Below, piece by piece: positions 27,298 to 35,919 of a stretch of 64,000 nt of DNA. The DNA is from Acidimicrobiales bacterium (GTDB taxonomy: Bacteria > Actinomycetota > Acidimicrobiia > Acidimicrobiales > JACCXE01), in the NCBI GenBank assembly GCA_035546775.1, contig DASZWD010000040.1, forward strand, positions 291 to 64,290, in the 5' to 3' direction. Both the position numbers and the translations under genes were made by a program. Positions within the stretch are counted from its first letter, which is position 1. The number at the start of each line of letters is the position of its first letter. Under the pieces are notes generated by a model that ran no database searches, was not told the origin of the DNA, and was given only the letters and a program-made list of their open reading frames with translations.

Positions 27298-28359
27298 ATG
27301 CCCGGTGCAACGCAGAACTACATCGCCGTCATCAAAGTGGTCGGCATCGGCGGCGGTGGCGTCAATGCGGTCAACCGCATGATCGACGCCGGGCTGAAGG
27401 GCGTGGAGTTCATCGCCATCAACACCGATGCCCAGGCACTCCTGATGAGCGACGCCGACGTCAAGCTCGACATCGGCCGCCAGCTCACCCGCGGCCTCGG
27501 CGCCGGCTCCGATCCCGAGATCGGCCGCCAGGCCGCCGAAGAGCACCGCGACGAGATCGAGGAGATGCTCAAGGGCGCGGACATGGTCTTCATCACCGCC
27601 GGCAAGGGTGGCGGCACCGGTACCGGTGGCGCGCCCGTCGTGGCGGAGATTGCCAAGTCGCTCGGCGCGCTGACGATCGGAGTCGTAACCCGTCCGTTCG
27701 GCTTCGAAGGCCGTCAGCGCGCCGTGCGAGCAGAGTCGGGGATCCAGAAGCTGCGCGAGAAGGTCGACACGCTCATCACCATCCCCAACGACCGGCTGCT
27801 CACGGTGTCGAACGACAAGACCTCGATGGTCAACGCATTCAAGGTGGCCGACGAAGTCCTGCTGCAAGGCGTGCAGGGCATCACCGACCTCATCACGACG
27901 CCGGGCCTCATCAACACCGACTTCGCCGACGTGAAGGCGGTCATGAGCAACGCCGGTACCGCCATCATGGGTATCGGCACCGCGTCCGGCGACGACCGCG
28001 CCACCGTCGCCGCCCGCAGCGCCATCACCAGCCCGCTGCTCGAAGCCTCGATCGAAGGCGCTCGCGGCATCCTGCTCAACATCAAGGGCGGCAGCGATCT
28101 GGGTCTGTTCGAGGTGCAGTCGGCGGCGGGCATCGTGCACGAGCACGCGCACCCCGACGCCAACATCATCTTCGGCACCGTGGTCGACGACGCCATGGGC
28201 GACGAAGTGCAGGTCACCGTCATCGCCGCGGGCTTCGAGCGGTGGGACGACAAGCGCGGTGGCCTCGGCGAGAGCGGTCGCGGTCTCGGTCTTTCCGCAC
28301 GCGATGACTTCGACGACGAGGGCGACGACGAGTTCGACGTTCCCAGCTTCCTGAAATAA
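27298..28359 (+). CDS. ftsZ: cell division GTPase FtsZ
   Basis: [11 protein letters not shown] and [11 protein letters not shown] tubulin signature. C-terminal DVPSFLK peptide. SD AGGAGGA at 27281-27287. Confidence 0.95.
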   Translation: MPGATQNYIAVIKVVGIGGGGVNAVNRMIDAGLKGVEFIAINTDAQALLMSDADVKLDIGRQLTRGLGAGSDPEIGRQAAEEHRDEIEEMLKGADMVFITAGKGGGTGTGGAPVVAEIAKSLGALTIGVVTRPFGFEGRQRAVRAESGIQKLREKVDTLITIPNDRLLTVSNDKTSMVNAFKVADEVLLQGVQGITDLITTPGLINTDFADVKAVMSNAGTAIMGIGTASGDDRATVAARSAITSPLLEASIEGARGILLNIKGGSDLGLFEVQSAAGIVHEHAHPDANIIFGTVVDDAMGDEVQVTVIAAGFERWDDKRGGLGESGRGLGLSARDDFDDEGDDEFDVPSFLK

Positions 28360-28375
28360 CGGTGCGCCCAGTTAC

Positions 28376-29038
28376 GTGAAGTTGGGCGCGGCCGAGATTC
28401 GATTTACTCAGACGTCTGACGGCGACTTCTCCCCGCCGGACGCAACAGACGACGCCGCGCTCACCGCGCGGCGTCGTTCTGTGTTCGCCGGTCCCTGGAC
28501 GTGGCTGCGCCAGCAACACGGACGCGAAGTCGTGTCCGTCGACGAACCCGGCGCGTACGCGGGCGCCGCAGCCGACGCCGCGGTCGCGTTCGTGCCCGGC
28601 GCTGCGGTCGCCGTCGTGACCGCCGACTGCGCCCCGATCGTGCTGGTCGCCGACAACTTGCCGTGCGTCGCGGTGGTGCACGCGGGGTGGAAGGGACTCG
28701 TCGCCGGCGTCGTCGACGCCACGGTGGCGATCATGCGCGCCCGCGACGCCGAAGGCATCTCTGCCGTGCTCGGGCCTTGCATCCATCCCGAGTGCTACGA
28801 GTTCGGCGCAGACGACCTCGCAGCGATCGCCGATGCGCTCGGCGCGGGCGTGCGCGGCGCCACGTCGCAGGGGACACCGGCGCTCGACCTGCCCGCCGCG
28901 GTGCGGGCGAGTCTCGAGCGCAATGACGTGAGGTTGGTCCACGCCGAAGACGCCTGCACCGCGCATACACCGGGCTACTGGTCATATCGCGCCCGCGCCG
29001 ACAAGCAGCGCCAGGCGACCGTCGCGTGGCTGGCATGA
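28376..29038 (+). CDS. pgeF: peptidoglycan editing factor PgeF (YfiH/laccase-domain family)
   Basis: ADCAPIVL..HAGWKG..GPCIHPECYEF pattern of the YfiH family. Conserved position after ftsZ. Confidence 0.8.
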   Translation: MKLGAAEIRFTQTSDGDFSPPDATDDAALTARRRSVFAGPWTWLRQQHGREVVSVDEPGAYAGAAADAAVAFVPGAAVAVVTADCAPIVLVADNLPCVAVVHAGWKGLVAGVVDATVAIMRARDAEGISAVLGPCIHPECYEFGADDLAAIADALGAGVRGATSQGTPALDLPAAVRASLERNDVRLVHAEDACTAHTPGYWSYRARADKQRQATVAWLA

Positions 29039-29703
29039 GCGTCGCCGAGAACCTCGCAGCGTTGCGCGACCGGATTGCTCGCGCCGGCGGTGATCCCGGC
29101 GCTGTCACCGTCGTGGCCGTCACGAAGCAACAACGCGACGACGCCGTGGTCGAGGCACTCGCCGCCGGGTTGTTCGACATCGGCGAGAATCGCGCCGACG
29201 CCCTCGCGGAAAAGGCGCAGCGCGCCGACGACCCGCGCGTGCGCTGGCACTTCCTCGGCCAGATCCAACGCAACAAGATCGGCAAGGTGGCGCGCTACGT
29301 CGCGTTGTGGCAGTCGGTCGACCGACCCCAACTGGGCCCCGCGATCGCCCGCCATGCGCCCGGGGCGGCGGTGCTGGTCGAGGTGAACCTGACCGACGAT
29401 CCCAACCGCGGCGGCACTTCCCTCGCCGCGGTTCCCGCGCTCGTGCGCGACCTCCAAGCCGACGGCTTGGTCGTGCGCGGGCTCATGGCGGTCGGTCCGC
29501 ACGGCGGACCGGACGCCGCACGACCCGGGTTCACCGCGGTCGTGCATTGTGCAGACGAGTTGGGCTTGCCCGTCCGCTCGCTCGGCATGTCCGATGACAT
29601 CGACGTCGCCGTTGCCTGCGGATCGACGATGGTTCGGGTCGGAACCGCGCTGTTTGGCGCGCGTCCAATGCCCCGAATCAACAGGCGCGACGACGTAGAC
29701 TGA
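29035..29703 (+). CDS. yggS: YggS-family pyridoxal-phosphate homeostasis protein
   Basis: VAVTKQQ (PLP lysine), WHFLGQIQRNK and LGMSDD blocks. ATGA overlap with pgeF. GTG 29026 is an alternative start. Confidence 0.85.
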   Translation: MSVAENLAALRDRIARAGGDPGAVTVVAVTKQQRDDAVVEALAAGLFDIGENRADALAEKAQRADDPRVRWHFLGQIQRNKIGKVARYVALWQSVDRPQLGPAIARHAPGAAVLVEVNLTDDPNRGGTSLAAVPALVRDLQADGLVVRGLMAVGPHGGPDAARPGFTAVVHCADELGLPVRSLGMSDDIDVAVACGSTMVRVGTALFGARPMPRINRRDDVD

Positions 29704-29721
29704 AGCGTTCGAGGAGGAACA

Positions 29722-30228
29722 ATGGGCCGTTTTCAAAAGGCGATGTCGTTTCTTGGCCTTGCCGATGACGACTACGACGACTTCGAGCCATACGACGAAC
29801 CGATCCCCAGCGGACCGGTGCGCGTGGGCCGCACGGCCGACCCTGATCCCAGCGCGGGCGCGGTGCGAACGCTGCAACGCGACGAAACGGTGACGCCGCT
29901 GCCGCAAGGTGTGATGCCGCGTCCCGTCGTACGCCCCGTCGCTCCACCCAAGGCGGCGCCCAAGGTGCACGTCGTGGTGGTGCAGGAGTTCAAGGACGCC
30001 GAAGAGATCGCGACGCACGCCCGCGAGGGCGACTTCGTGCTAGTCAACCTGCAGGCGGTCCCCGACGACCTCACGCGGCGTATGGTCGACTTCGCTTCGG
30101 GGCTCCAAGCCGGATTGCTCGGCAAGATGGAGAAGACGGCGAACAAGGTGTACTTGCTCCGGCCAGCGGACATCGAGATGCCCGAGGACGAAAAGGCTCG
30201 TCTCGCCGAGCGCGGGCTCTACGCGTAG
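29722..30228 (+). CDS. sepF: cell division protein SepF
   Basis: N-terminal MGRFQKAMSFLGL amphipathic helix and a C-terminal SepF core (VVVVQEFKDAEEIA..LVNLQ). SD GAGGAGGA at 29711-29718. Confidence 0.9.
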   Translation: MGRFQKAMSFLGLADDDYDDFEPYDEPIPSGPVRVGRTADPDPSAGAVRTLQRDETVTPLPQGVMPRPVVRPVAPPKAAPKVHVVVVQEFKDAEEIATHAREGDFVLVNLQAVPDDLTRRMVDFASGLQAGLLGKMEKTANKVYLLRPADIEMPEDEKARLAERGLYA

Positions 30229-30468
30229 GTGGCCCAGCTCGCGAGGCTCATCGATCTCTACGCGATTGTCGTTTTCATTCGCATCATCCTCAGCTGGTTT
30301 CCGATCTCCCGGGGTAGCCCGATGGAGACGGTGTACAGCGTGCTGTACAACGTGACCGAGCCGGTACTCGGCCCGGTGCGGCGGGCGCTTCCCCCGATGG
30401 GCGGCTTCGACTTGTCGCCGATGATCGTCATCATCGGGTTGGAACTATTGGCCAACGCAGTTAGGTAA
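30229..30468 (+). CDS. YggT-family membrane protein
   Basis: 79 aa, two TM helices, ILSWFP...TEPVLGPVRR motif. The GTG immediately follows the sepF TAG. Confidence 0.8.
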   Translation: MAQLARLIDLYAIVVFIRIILSWFPISRGSPMETVYSVLYNVTEPVLGPVRRALPPMGGFDLSPMIVIIGLELLANAVR

Positions 30469-30475
30469 CGAACAC

Positions 30476-31459
30476 ATGGACTTGACTCCGGAAACCCTCC
30501 GATCCGCAACCTTCCGGGACAAGCTCCGCGGCTACCACCCAGACGACGTCGATGAGTTCCTCGAGTCGGTGGCACGCGGCCTCGAAGTGCTCCTGGCGCG
30601 TTTGCGCGACGCCACCGAGCGCGCCCGCGCCGCCGCGCCCGTGGAGGTCGCGCCCAAAGCCGACGAGGCGGTCAGGACGCTGGCGCTGGCGCAGCGCACG
30701 GCCGATCTCGCCATCCACGAAGCGAAGGCCGAAGCCGAACGCCTCGTGCGCGCCGCCGAGCAGAAGGCGCGGCGCATGATCGCGGGCGCCGAGGACTCTT
30801 CGGCGCAGCTCGCCGAGCAGGCGCAGCAGGAACTGCGCGCCGATCTCGAGCGGCTCCAGGCAGCGCGGGATCAACTCTTCGGCGAGGTTCAGCAGTTGAC
30901 CTCATGGCTCGACGGCGAGCGTTCGCGCATCAAGCGCGCGCTGGTCGACGTGGCTGACCGCATCGACAACGTGCGCGACTCGGGCGACGCGCCGACGCCG
31001 AAACCGGTGAGCTTGCCCACGCCGCCGCAGGAGAAGCTCGCCGCCGCGCGTGCCGCGGGCACGAACACGCCGCCGCGCGAGAGGCCGGTCCCCGCACCGC
31101 AGCCCCAGGCCAAGGCGGAGCCGGCACCCGAGCCGCCGATGCCTGCCGTGGCCCGTCCGAAGGCGGCAACGCCGGCGCCGGTCGCGGCGCCGCTGCCCAA
31201 TCCGAAGCACACGCCCCCCAAGGGCCAGCCGGTTGTAGGTGCGTCCCGCCCGGCCCCGGCCCCGGGCCCGGCGGCGGCGCCCGAGCCGACGACCAGCGGT
31301 GATGCCGCCGTTCTCAGCCGGGCCCAGCAGGGGGTGAACGCCCCGCCGAGCTTCGAGGCGGCCGACGCGGATGACGATCCGTTCTTCGCCGAGCTGCGCG
31401 CCGCCATGCTCGACCAGTCGCCGCTGGGACCCCGCGACGACGACGAATTCGCTGGCTGA
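30476..31459 (+). CDS. divIVA: DivIVA-domain protein (Wag31-like)
   Basis: N-terminal LTPETLRSATFRDKLRGYHPDDVDEFL lipid-binding domain, coiled coils, and a Pro/Ala-rich tail. Confidence 0.9.
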   Translation: MDLTPETLRSATFRDKLRGYHPDDVDEFLESVARGLEVLLARLRDATERARAAAPVEVAPKADEAVRTLALAQRTADLAIHEAKAEAERLVRAAEQKARRMIAGAEDSSAQLAEQAQQELRADLERLQAARDQLFGEVQQLTSWLDGERSRIKRALVDVADRIDNVRDSGDAPTPKPVSLPTPPQEKLAAARAAGTNTPPRERPVPAPQPQAKAEPAPEPPMPAVARPKAATPAPVAAPLPNPKHTPPKGQPVVGASRPAPAPGPAAAPEPTTSGDAAVLSRAQQGVNAPPSFEAADADDDPFFAELRAAMLDQSPLGPRDDDEFAG

Positions 31460-31540
31460 CGCATCCGCCTAACCCTGGCCTTTCGGTGAGGGACGGCTAG
31501 AGTCATCGCCGACCGCGCCTACCCCCCGGAGGATGCTCAC

Positions 31541-32446
31541 GTGGTGCTCTTGGTAACAATCGGACTCGTCATCGTCAGCGCGGTGACACTGCTGCTTGGC
31601 TTCGCCAAGGACGCAGTCGGGCTGATCTACGTGTCGATTGGTTGCAGCGTCGCCGCTGCCGTCATCCTGATCATCGCGGGCCGGAGTGCGGGGGCTTCCC
31701 GGGTCACCGCGGCGGCGGGTCCGTCGCCGCTCGACGAACCGCTGGCGACGGCCGACGAGGGCTTCCCGATCGCCAACTACGACGAGCTGCTCGTCACCGA
31801 AGTCGTCCCGATGCTCGGCGCCCTCTCGGCCACCGAGCTGCGGCAGGTGCGGGCGCGCGAAGAGGCGGGCAAGGCCCGCGCCAGCGTGCTGCGCCGCATC
31901 GACAGCGAGATCGCGGCGCGTGAGAACCCGGCGCTCGCCGAGCAGCTTCCGGTCGAGGAGGAGCCGACGATCGCGTCGCCGGTCGTCGAGGAGATCGCCG
32001 TCGGTCTTCCGCCCGTCGAAGAGGAGGAGCCGTTCCCGATCGAGGACTACGACGACCTGCGGGCGAACGAGATCCTGCCGTTGCTGCCCCAGCTCTACGC
32101 TGACGAACTCGAGCGCGTGCGCGACCACGAGCAGGCCGGCGCCAATCGCGGCGCCATCCTCGACAAGATCAACGAACTGCTGGCGCCCACGCCCGCCCCG
32201 GCCGCCGCCAAGACACCGGTCAAGAAGGCTCCGGCTGCGAAGAAGGCCCCGGCGGCCAAGAAGGCCCCGGCGGCCAAGAAGGCCCCCGCCAAGAAGGCGG
32301 CGCCGGCCAAGGCGCCGGCGGCCAAGAAGGCCGCTCCGGCGAAGAAGGCGGCGCCCGCCAAGAAGGCCGCCGCGGCCGTCAAGAAGGCTCCGGCCAAGAA
32401 GGCTCCGGCCAAAAAGGCCGCGGCCACCAAGAAGGCCGCCGAATAG
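31541..32446 (+). CDS. membrane-anchored protein with duplicated ~50-aa helical module and Lys/Ala-rich histone-H1-like tail
   Basis: Two N-terminal TM helices (aa 1-47). Modules starting FPIANYDEL... (nt 31763-31912) and FPIEDYDDL... (nt 32033-32176). AKKAPAAKK repeats (nt 32186-32443). SD GGAGGA at 31528-31533 before the GTG. Confidence 0.75.
   Translation: MVLLVTIGLVIVSAVTLLLGFAKDAVGLIYVSIGCSVAAAVILIIAGRSAGASRVTAAAGPSPLDEPLATADEGFPIANYDELLVTEVVPMLGALSATELRQVRAREEAGKARASVLRRIDSEIAARENPALAEQLPVEEEPTIASPVVEEIAVGLPPVEEEEPFPIEDYDDLRANEILPLLPQLYADELERVRDHEQAGANRGAILDKINELLAPTPAPAAAKTPVKKAPAAKKAPAAKKAPAAKKAPAKKAAPAKAPAAKKAAPAKKAAPAKKAAAAVKKAPAKKAPAKKAAATKKAAE
32186..32443 (+). repeat. coding low-complexity AAGAAGGCx/CCGGCx repeats (AKKAPAAKK tail)
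   Basis: Read directly from the 3' end of gene 31541..32446. Confidence 0.8.
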
Positions 32447-35400
32447 TTACTCGGTGACCTTGGCGATCGCGAGGTCGCCGCTGCCCACGGATACCGACAC
32501 GGCCAGGGTCTCGGCCGCGATCCGCTCGGCGTAGTCCAGCAAGTCGGCGTCGCTCGCCGCGAGTTCGAGCGTGATGCGGTCCGTGATCTCGAGCTTGAGC
32601 ACGTCCTTGCGCTGCACGTTGACGTGGTGCACCAGGTCGTTGACGCGGCCCTCGCGCGCGAGTTGGTCGTCGATCGCGGTGTCGAGGCCGACGGACACGC
32701 CTTCGTTCGAGGCGATGACCCAACCCTCGGCCTGCGTCTTCTCCACGAGGACCTCGTCGGCTGACAGGTCGTGGCCGGCGACGCGGAAGGCGCCGTCGTC
32801 GAGCGCCTCGAACTCGCCGTTCTGCAACGCGGCACGGATCGCGCCCAGCTGCTTGCCCAGGCGCGGCCCGAGCACCGGCAGGTTCGGACGAACGCGCAAC
32901 TCGGTCGCTTCGATCGGGCCGAACACCACTTCCTTCACGCGCAGCTCCGCCGCGATCTCCTCGGCGTGGCGCTGTGCGCGCCGCGCACCCTCGACGATCA
33001 ACCGCGGCAGCGGCTGGCGGTTGCGGATGCCCGATTGCGATCGCGCCACGCGGCCGAGTTCGACCACGGCGCGCATCTCCGCCACCTCGTCGAGCAACTC
33101 CTGGTCGGGCACCGCCACCTCGGGCCAGCCGGCCAGGAATACCGAATCAGCGGCGTCAGGCACGGCGCCGGTGACGAGGTTCTGCCACAGATGCTCGGCC
33201 AGGAACGGCATGATCGGCGAGATCACGCGCAGGGCGGTGACGAGCGCGAACCACAGCGTCGACAGCGCGGCGTCGTCGCCGTTCCAGAAGCGCTTACGCG
33301 ACCGGCGCACGTACCAGTTCGACAGGTCCTCGACGAACTCCTCGAAGGCGCGCAGCACGTTGGGCGACAGGTACGTTTCGTAGCCGTCGGTGGCTTCGGC
33401 GACGAGCTGCTGCGTGCGGGCGATCAGCCAGTCGTCGAGCGCTTCGAGGTTGGTCGTGGGCGCGTCAAACGATCCGGTGGGCGTGAAGCCGGCGATGTTG
33501 GCGTACTGCACGAAGAACGTGACGCTGTTCCACAGCGTCAGCAGCTTGCGCTGGATCTCGTGCGCCGGGCCGAACCCGAACAGCAGGTTCTGGTTCGGTG
33601 GCTGCATCGAGAACTGCCACCGCATGACGTCGGCGCCCATGCGTTCGAAGGCGTCGGGCGCTTCGATCATGTTGCCCCACGAGCCGTGCATCTCGCGCCC
33701 GGTCTCGTCGAGCATTTTCTCGTAGCCGAGCACCTTGCGGTACGGCGCCTCGCCCGTCAGTACCACCGACATGCACAGCTGGCTGTAGAACCACAGCCGG
33801 ATCTGCTCGCGCATCTCCGACACCCAGTCGGCCGGGAACCATTCCTGCCAGTACTCGTGGTCCGGCAGGTCGGCGTGCGTGAGTCCGGCGGCGGCTCCCG
33901 TGGCGTAACCGCCTTCGATGTACTCGTCGTTCATCCAGCCGAGCGTCGAGAACGGCACGATGCCGGCGTCGAGCCACACGTCGCCGACTTCGGTAATGCG
34001 CTGCACTTCCTGGCCGCAGGCCGGGCACGCGATCGGCACGCGGTCGATCCACGGGCGACGGAGTTCTTCGAGCCCGTCGAGGGATGTAGTGGCGAGTTGG
34101 GCCAACTCTGCCTTCGAACCGACGACGGTGAGTTCGCCGCAACTGCACGGATAGAACGGCAGCGGCAGCCCGTAGTAGCGCCGCCGCGAGATGTTCCAGT
34201 CGGCCATGTTGACGAGCCAGTCGTCCATGCGGCGGCCCATGTAGTCGGGCGTCCACTCGACCTTGGCGTTGGCGTCGCGCAGCGGCTGGCGCAGCTCGTC
34301 GAGGGCGATGAACCAGTCGTCGGAGATGCGGAAGATCAGAGGTGTGTGGCAGCGCCAGCACTCGGGGTAACGGTGCTCGATGGTGCCGGCGGCAACGAGG
34401 ATGTCGCGGGCGCGCAGGTCGGCGATGATGTCCTCGGCGGCGTCGTGCGCCTGCCGACCGGCGAGCCAACCGAACTGCGCATAGAAGCGGCCGGCTTCGT
34501 CGACGGGCGTGATCACCGGCAGGTCTTCGTCCTTGGCCAGCTCGAAGTCCTCGCTACCGCAGCCCGGCGCGATGTGCACGATGCCGGTGCCCTCGTCGAG
34601 CGCCACTTCGTCCCACGCCACCACGCGGTGCTTGCCCGCCGCGCTGCCCTCCATGTCGTCGAAGGGACCGTGATACGTGAGCCCGACGAGGTTCTCGCCC
34701 TTCAACACTTCGACGAACTCGTCGTTGCTGCCCCTGCGGGCCACCGCGATCCAGTCGCCGTTGGGCAGGCGCCCGTAGTCGGCGTTCGGGTTGACCGCCG
34801 CGGCCACGTTGGCCGGCAGCGTCCAGGGCGTGGTCGTCCAGATGACGACGGCCTCGCCCGGCCGTTCGATGAGCGGGAAGCGCACGCTCAGCGCCGGGTC
34901 GGTGCGGTCGACGTAGCTGCCGGCGAGTTCGTGTGCGCTGATCGACGTGCCGCAGCGCGGGCACCACTCCGTCGCCCGGTGACCGCGGTAGAGCCAGTCG
35001 CGCTCGTGCACGATCTTGAGAAAGCGCCAGATGTATTCGATGTTGGTGTCGGAGAACGTGAAGTAGTCGTTGCCCCAGTCCATCCACTGGCCGAGCCGGA
35101 TCGAGCCCTTGGTCAGCTCGTTACTCGACCACACGACGACGTCGCGGCACTTCCGGGCGAAGTCCTCGAGGCCGTACTCCTCGATTTCACGCTTGGAGTT
35201 GAGGCCGAGTTCCTTCTCGACGCCGACCTCGATCCACAGGCCCTGGCAGTCGAAGCCGTTCTGGTATCGCTGGTGAAAACCGCGCAGCGCCTTGTACCTC
35301 TGGAACACGTCCTTGAGCGTGCGGCCCCAGGCGGTGTGCACCGCCAGCGTCTTGTTCGCCGTGACGGGACCGTCGATGAACCGGAACTTGGGGCCGTCCT

Positions 35401-35506
35401 GGTTCTGGCGGCGCAAGCGGTTGAACGTGTCGGCGCGCGCCCACAGCTCGAGCACGTCGAGCTCGAGCCCGTTGTGGTCGGGCACGTTGGGCAGCGGCGA
35501 AAACAT
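32447..35506 (-). CDS. ileS: isoleucine--tRNA ligase
   Basis: 1019 aa. WTTTPWTLPAN and DCQGLWIE blocks and overall IleRS organisation. ATG 35506, with TAACAT 9 nt upstream. Confidence 0.95.
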   Translation of the reverse strand: MFSPLPNVPDHNGLELDVLELWARADTFNRLRRQNQDGPKFRFIDGPVTANKTLAVHTAWGRTLKDVFQRYKALRGFHQRYQNGFDCQGLWIEVGVEKELGLNSKREIEEYGLEDFARKCRDVVVWSSNELTKGSIRLGQWMDWGNDYFTFSDTNIEYIWRFLKIVHERDWLYRGHRATEWCPRCGTSISAHELAGSYVDRTDPALSVRFPLIERPGEAVVIWTTTPWTLPANVAAAVNPNADYGRLPNGDWIAVARRGSNDEFVEVLKGENLVGLTYHGPFDDMEGSAAGKHRVVAWDEVALDEGTGIVHIAPGCGSEDFELAKDEDLPVITPVDEAGRFYAQFGWLAGRQAHDAAEDIIADLRARDILVAAGTIEHRYPECWRCHTPLIFRISDDWFIALDELRQPLRDANAKVEWTPDYMGRRMDDWLVNMADWNISRRRYYGLPLPFYPCSCGELTVVGSKAELAQLATTSLDGLEELRRPWIDRVPIACPACGQEVQRITEVGDVWLDAGIVPFSTLGWMNDEYIEGGYATGAAAGLTHADLPDHEYWQEWFPADWVSEMREQIRLWFYSQLCMSVVLTGEAPYRKVLGYEKMLDETGREMHGSWGNMIEAPDAFERMGADVMRWQFSMQPPNQNLLFGFGPAHEIQRKLLTLWNSVTFFVQYANIAGFTPTGSFDAPTTNLEALDDWLIARTQQLVAEATDGYETYLSPNVLRAFEEFVEDLSNWYVRRSRKRFWNGDDAALSTLWFALVTALRVISPIMPFLAEHLWQNLVTGAVPDAADSVFLAGWPEVAVPDQELLDEVAEMRAVVELGRVARSQSGIRNRQPLPRLIVEGARRAQRHAEEIAAELRVKEVVFGPIEATELRVRPNLPVLGPRLGKQLGAIRAALQNGEFEALDDGAFRVAGHDLSADEVLVEKTQAEGWVIASNEGVSVGLDTAIDDQLAREGRVNDLVHHVNVQRKDVLKLEITDRITLELAASDADLLDYAERIAAETLAVSVSVGSGDLAIAKVTE

Positions 35507-35544
35507 GAGTTCGTCATGTTATGGGGACCTAGGGTTGCGTCCTT

Positions 35545-35892
35545 ATGTTTCGCGACCTGTTCGACTACACCGCCGGAGAGAACGACGAATCGGGCGTCGC
35601 CGTCCTGCGGCTGCACGTGCAGCCGGGCGCCGGACGCACGGCGATCGTGGGCCGCCACGGCGACGCGGTGAAGGTGCGCGTGGCGGCGCCGCCCGAAGGC
35701 GGGCGCGCCAACGACGCGGTGGTCGCGCTCATCGCGTCGACCTTCGACGTGAAGCTGGCGCAGGTCACGCTGCTCAGTGGACAGTCCAGCCGGGCCAAGC
35801 GGGTGCAGATCGACGGCGTCGCCGAAGCCGACGTCGAGCGGCTGCTCGAACTCGCCATGGAGGACGCCGGGCGCGGCGGAAAACGCCGCTAG
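35545..35892 (+). CDS. DUF167 (YggU) family protein
   Basis: LRLHVQPGAGRTAIVGRHGDAVKVRVAAPPEGGRANDAVVALIA matches the YggU fold signature. Confidence 0.75.
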   Translation: MFRDLFDYTAGENDESGVAVLRLHVQPGAGRTAIVGRHGDAVKVRVAAPPEGGRANDAVVALIASTFDVKLAQVTLLSGQSSRAKRVQIDGVAEADVERLLELAMEDAGRGGKRR

Positions 35893-35919
35893 GCCGCTAC
35901 CCTGTCTCCCATCGGGGCA

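Noticed and set aside
32186-32443. Tandem AAGAAGGCC-type DNA repeats (also 38198-38461) considered as a non-coding repeat array.
   Set aside because: They lie in frame inside ORFs with SDs and encode AKKA-type histone-like tails. They are coding low-complexity sequence, not a CRISPR or satellite array.
35507-35544. Looked for a T-box riboswitch leader upstream of ileS.
   Set aside because: Only 38 nt separate ileS from the divergent yggU start. No specifier loop or T-box sequence can fit. This is reported as an absence finding instead.
32771-35671. 966-aa ORF on the plus strand opposite ileS. Similar long antisense or alternative-frame ORFs include 49496..51592, 35113..36552, 21609..22940, 23668..25089 and 54927..56474.
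   Set aside because: They are Arg/Ala/Gly/Pro-rich low-complexity translations with no recognisable motifs. Each lies opposite or out of frame to a gene with strong family signatures. Long stop-free alternative frames are expected in DNA of about 70% G+C.
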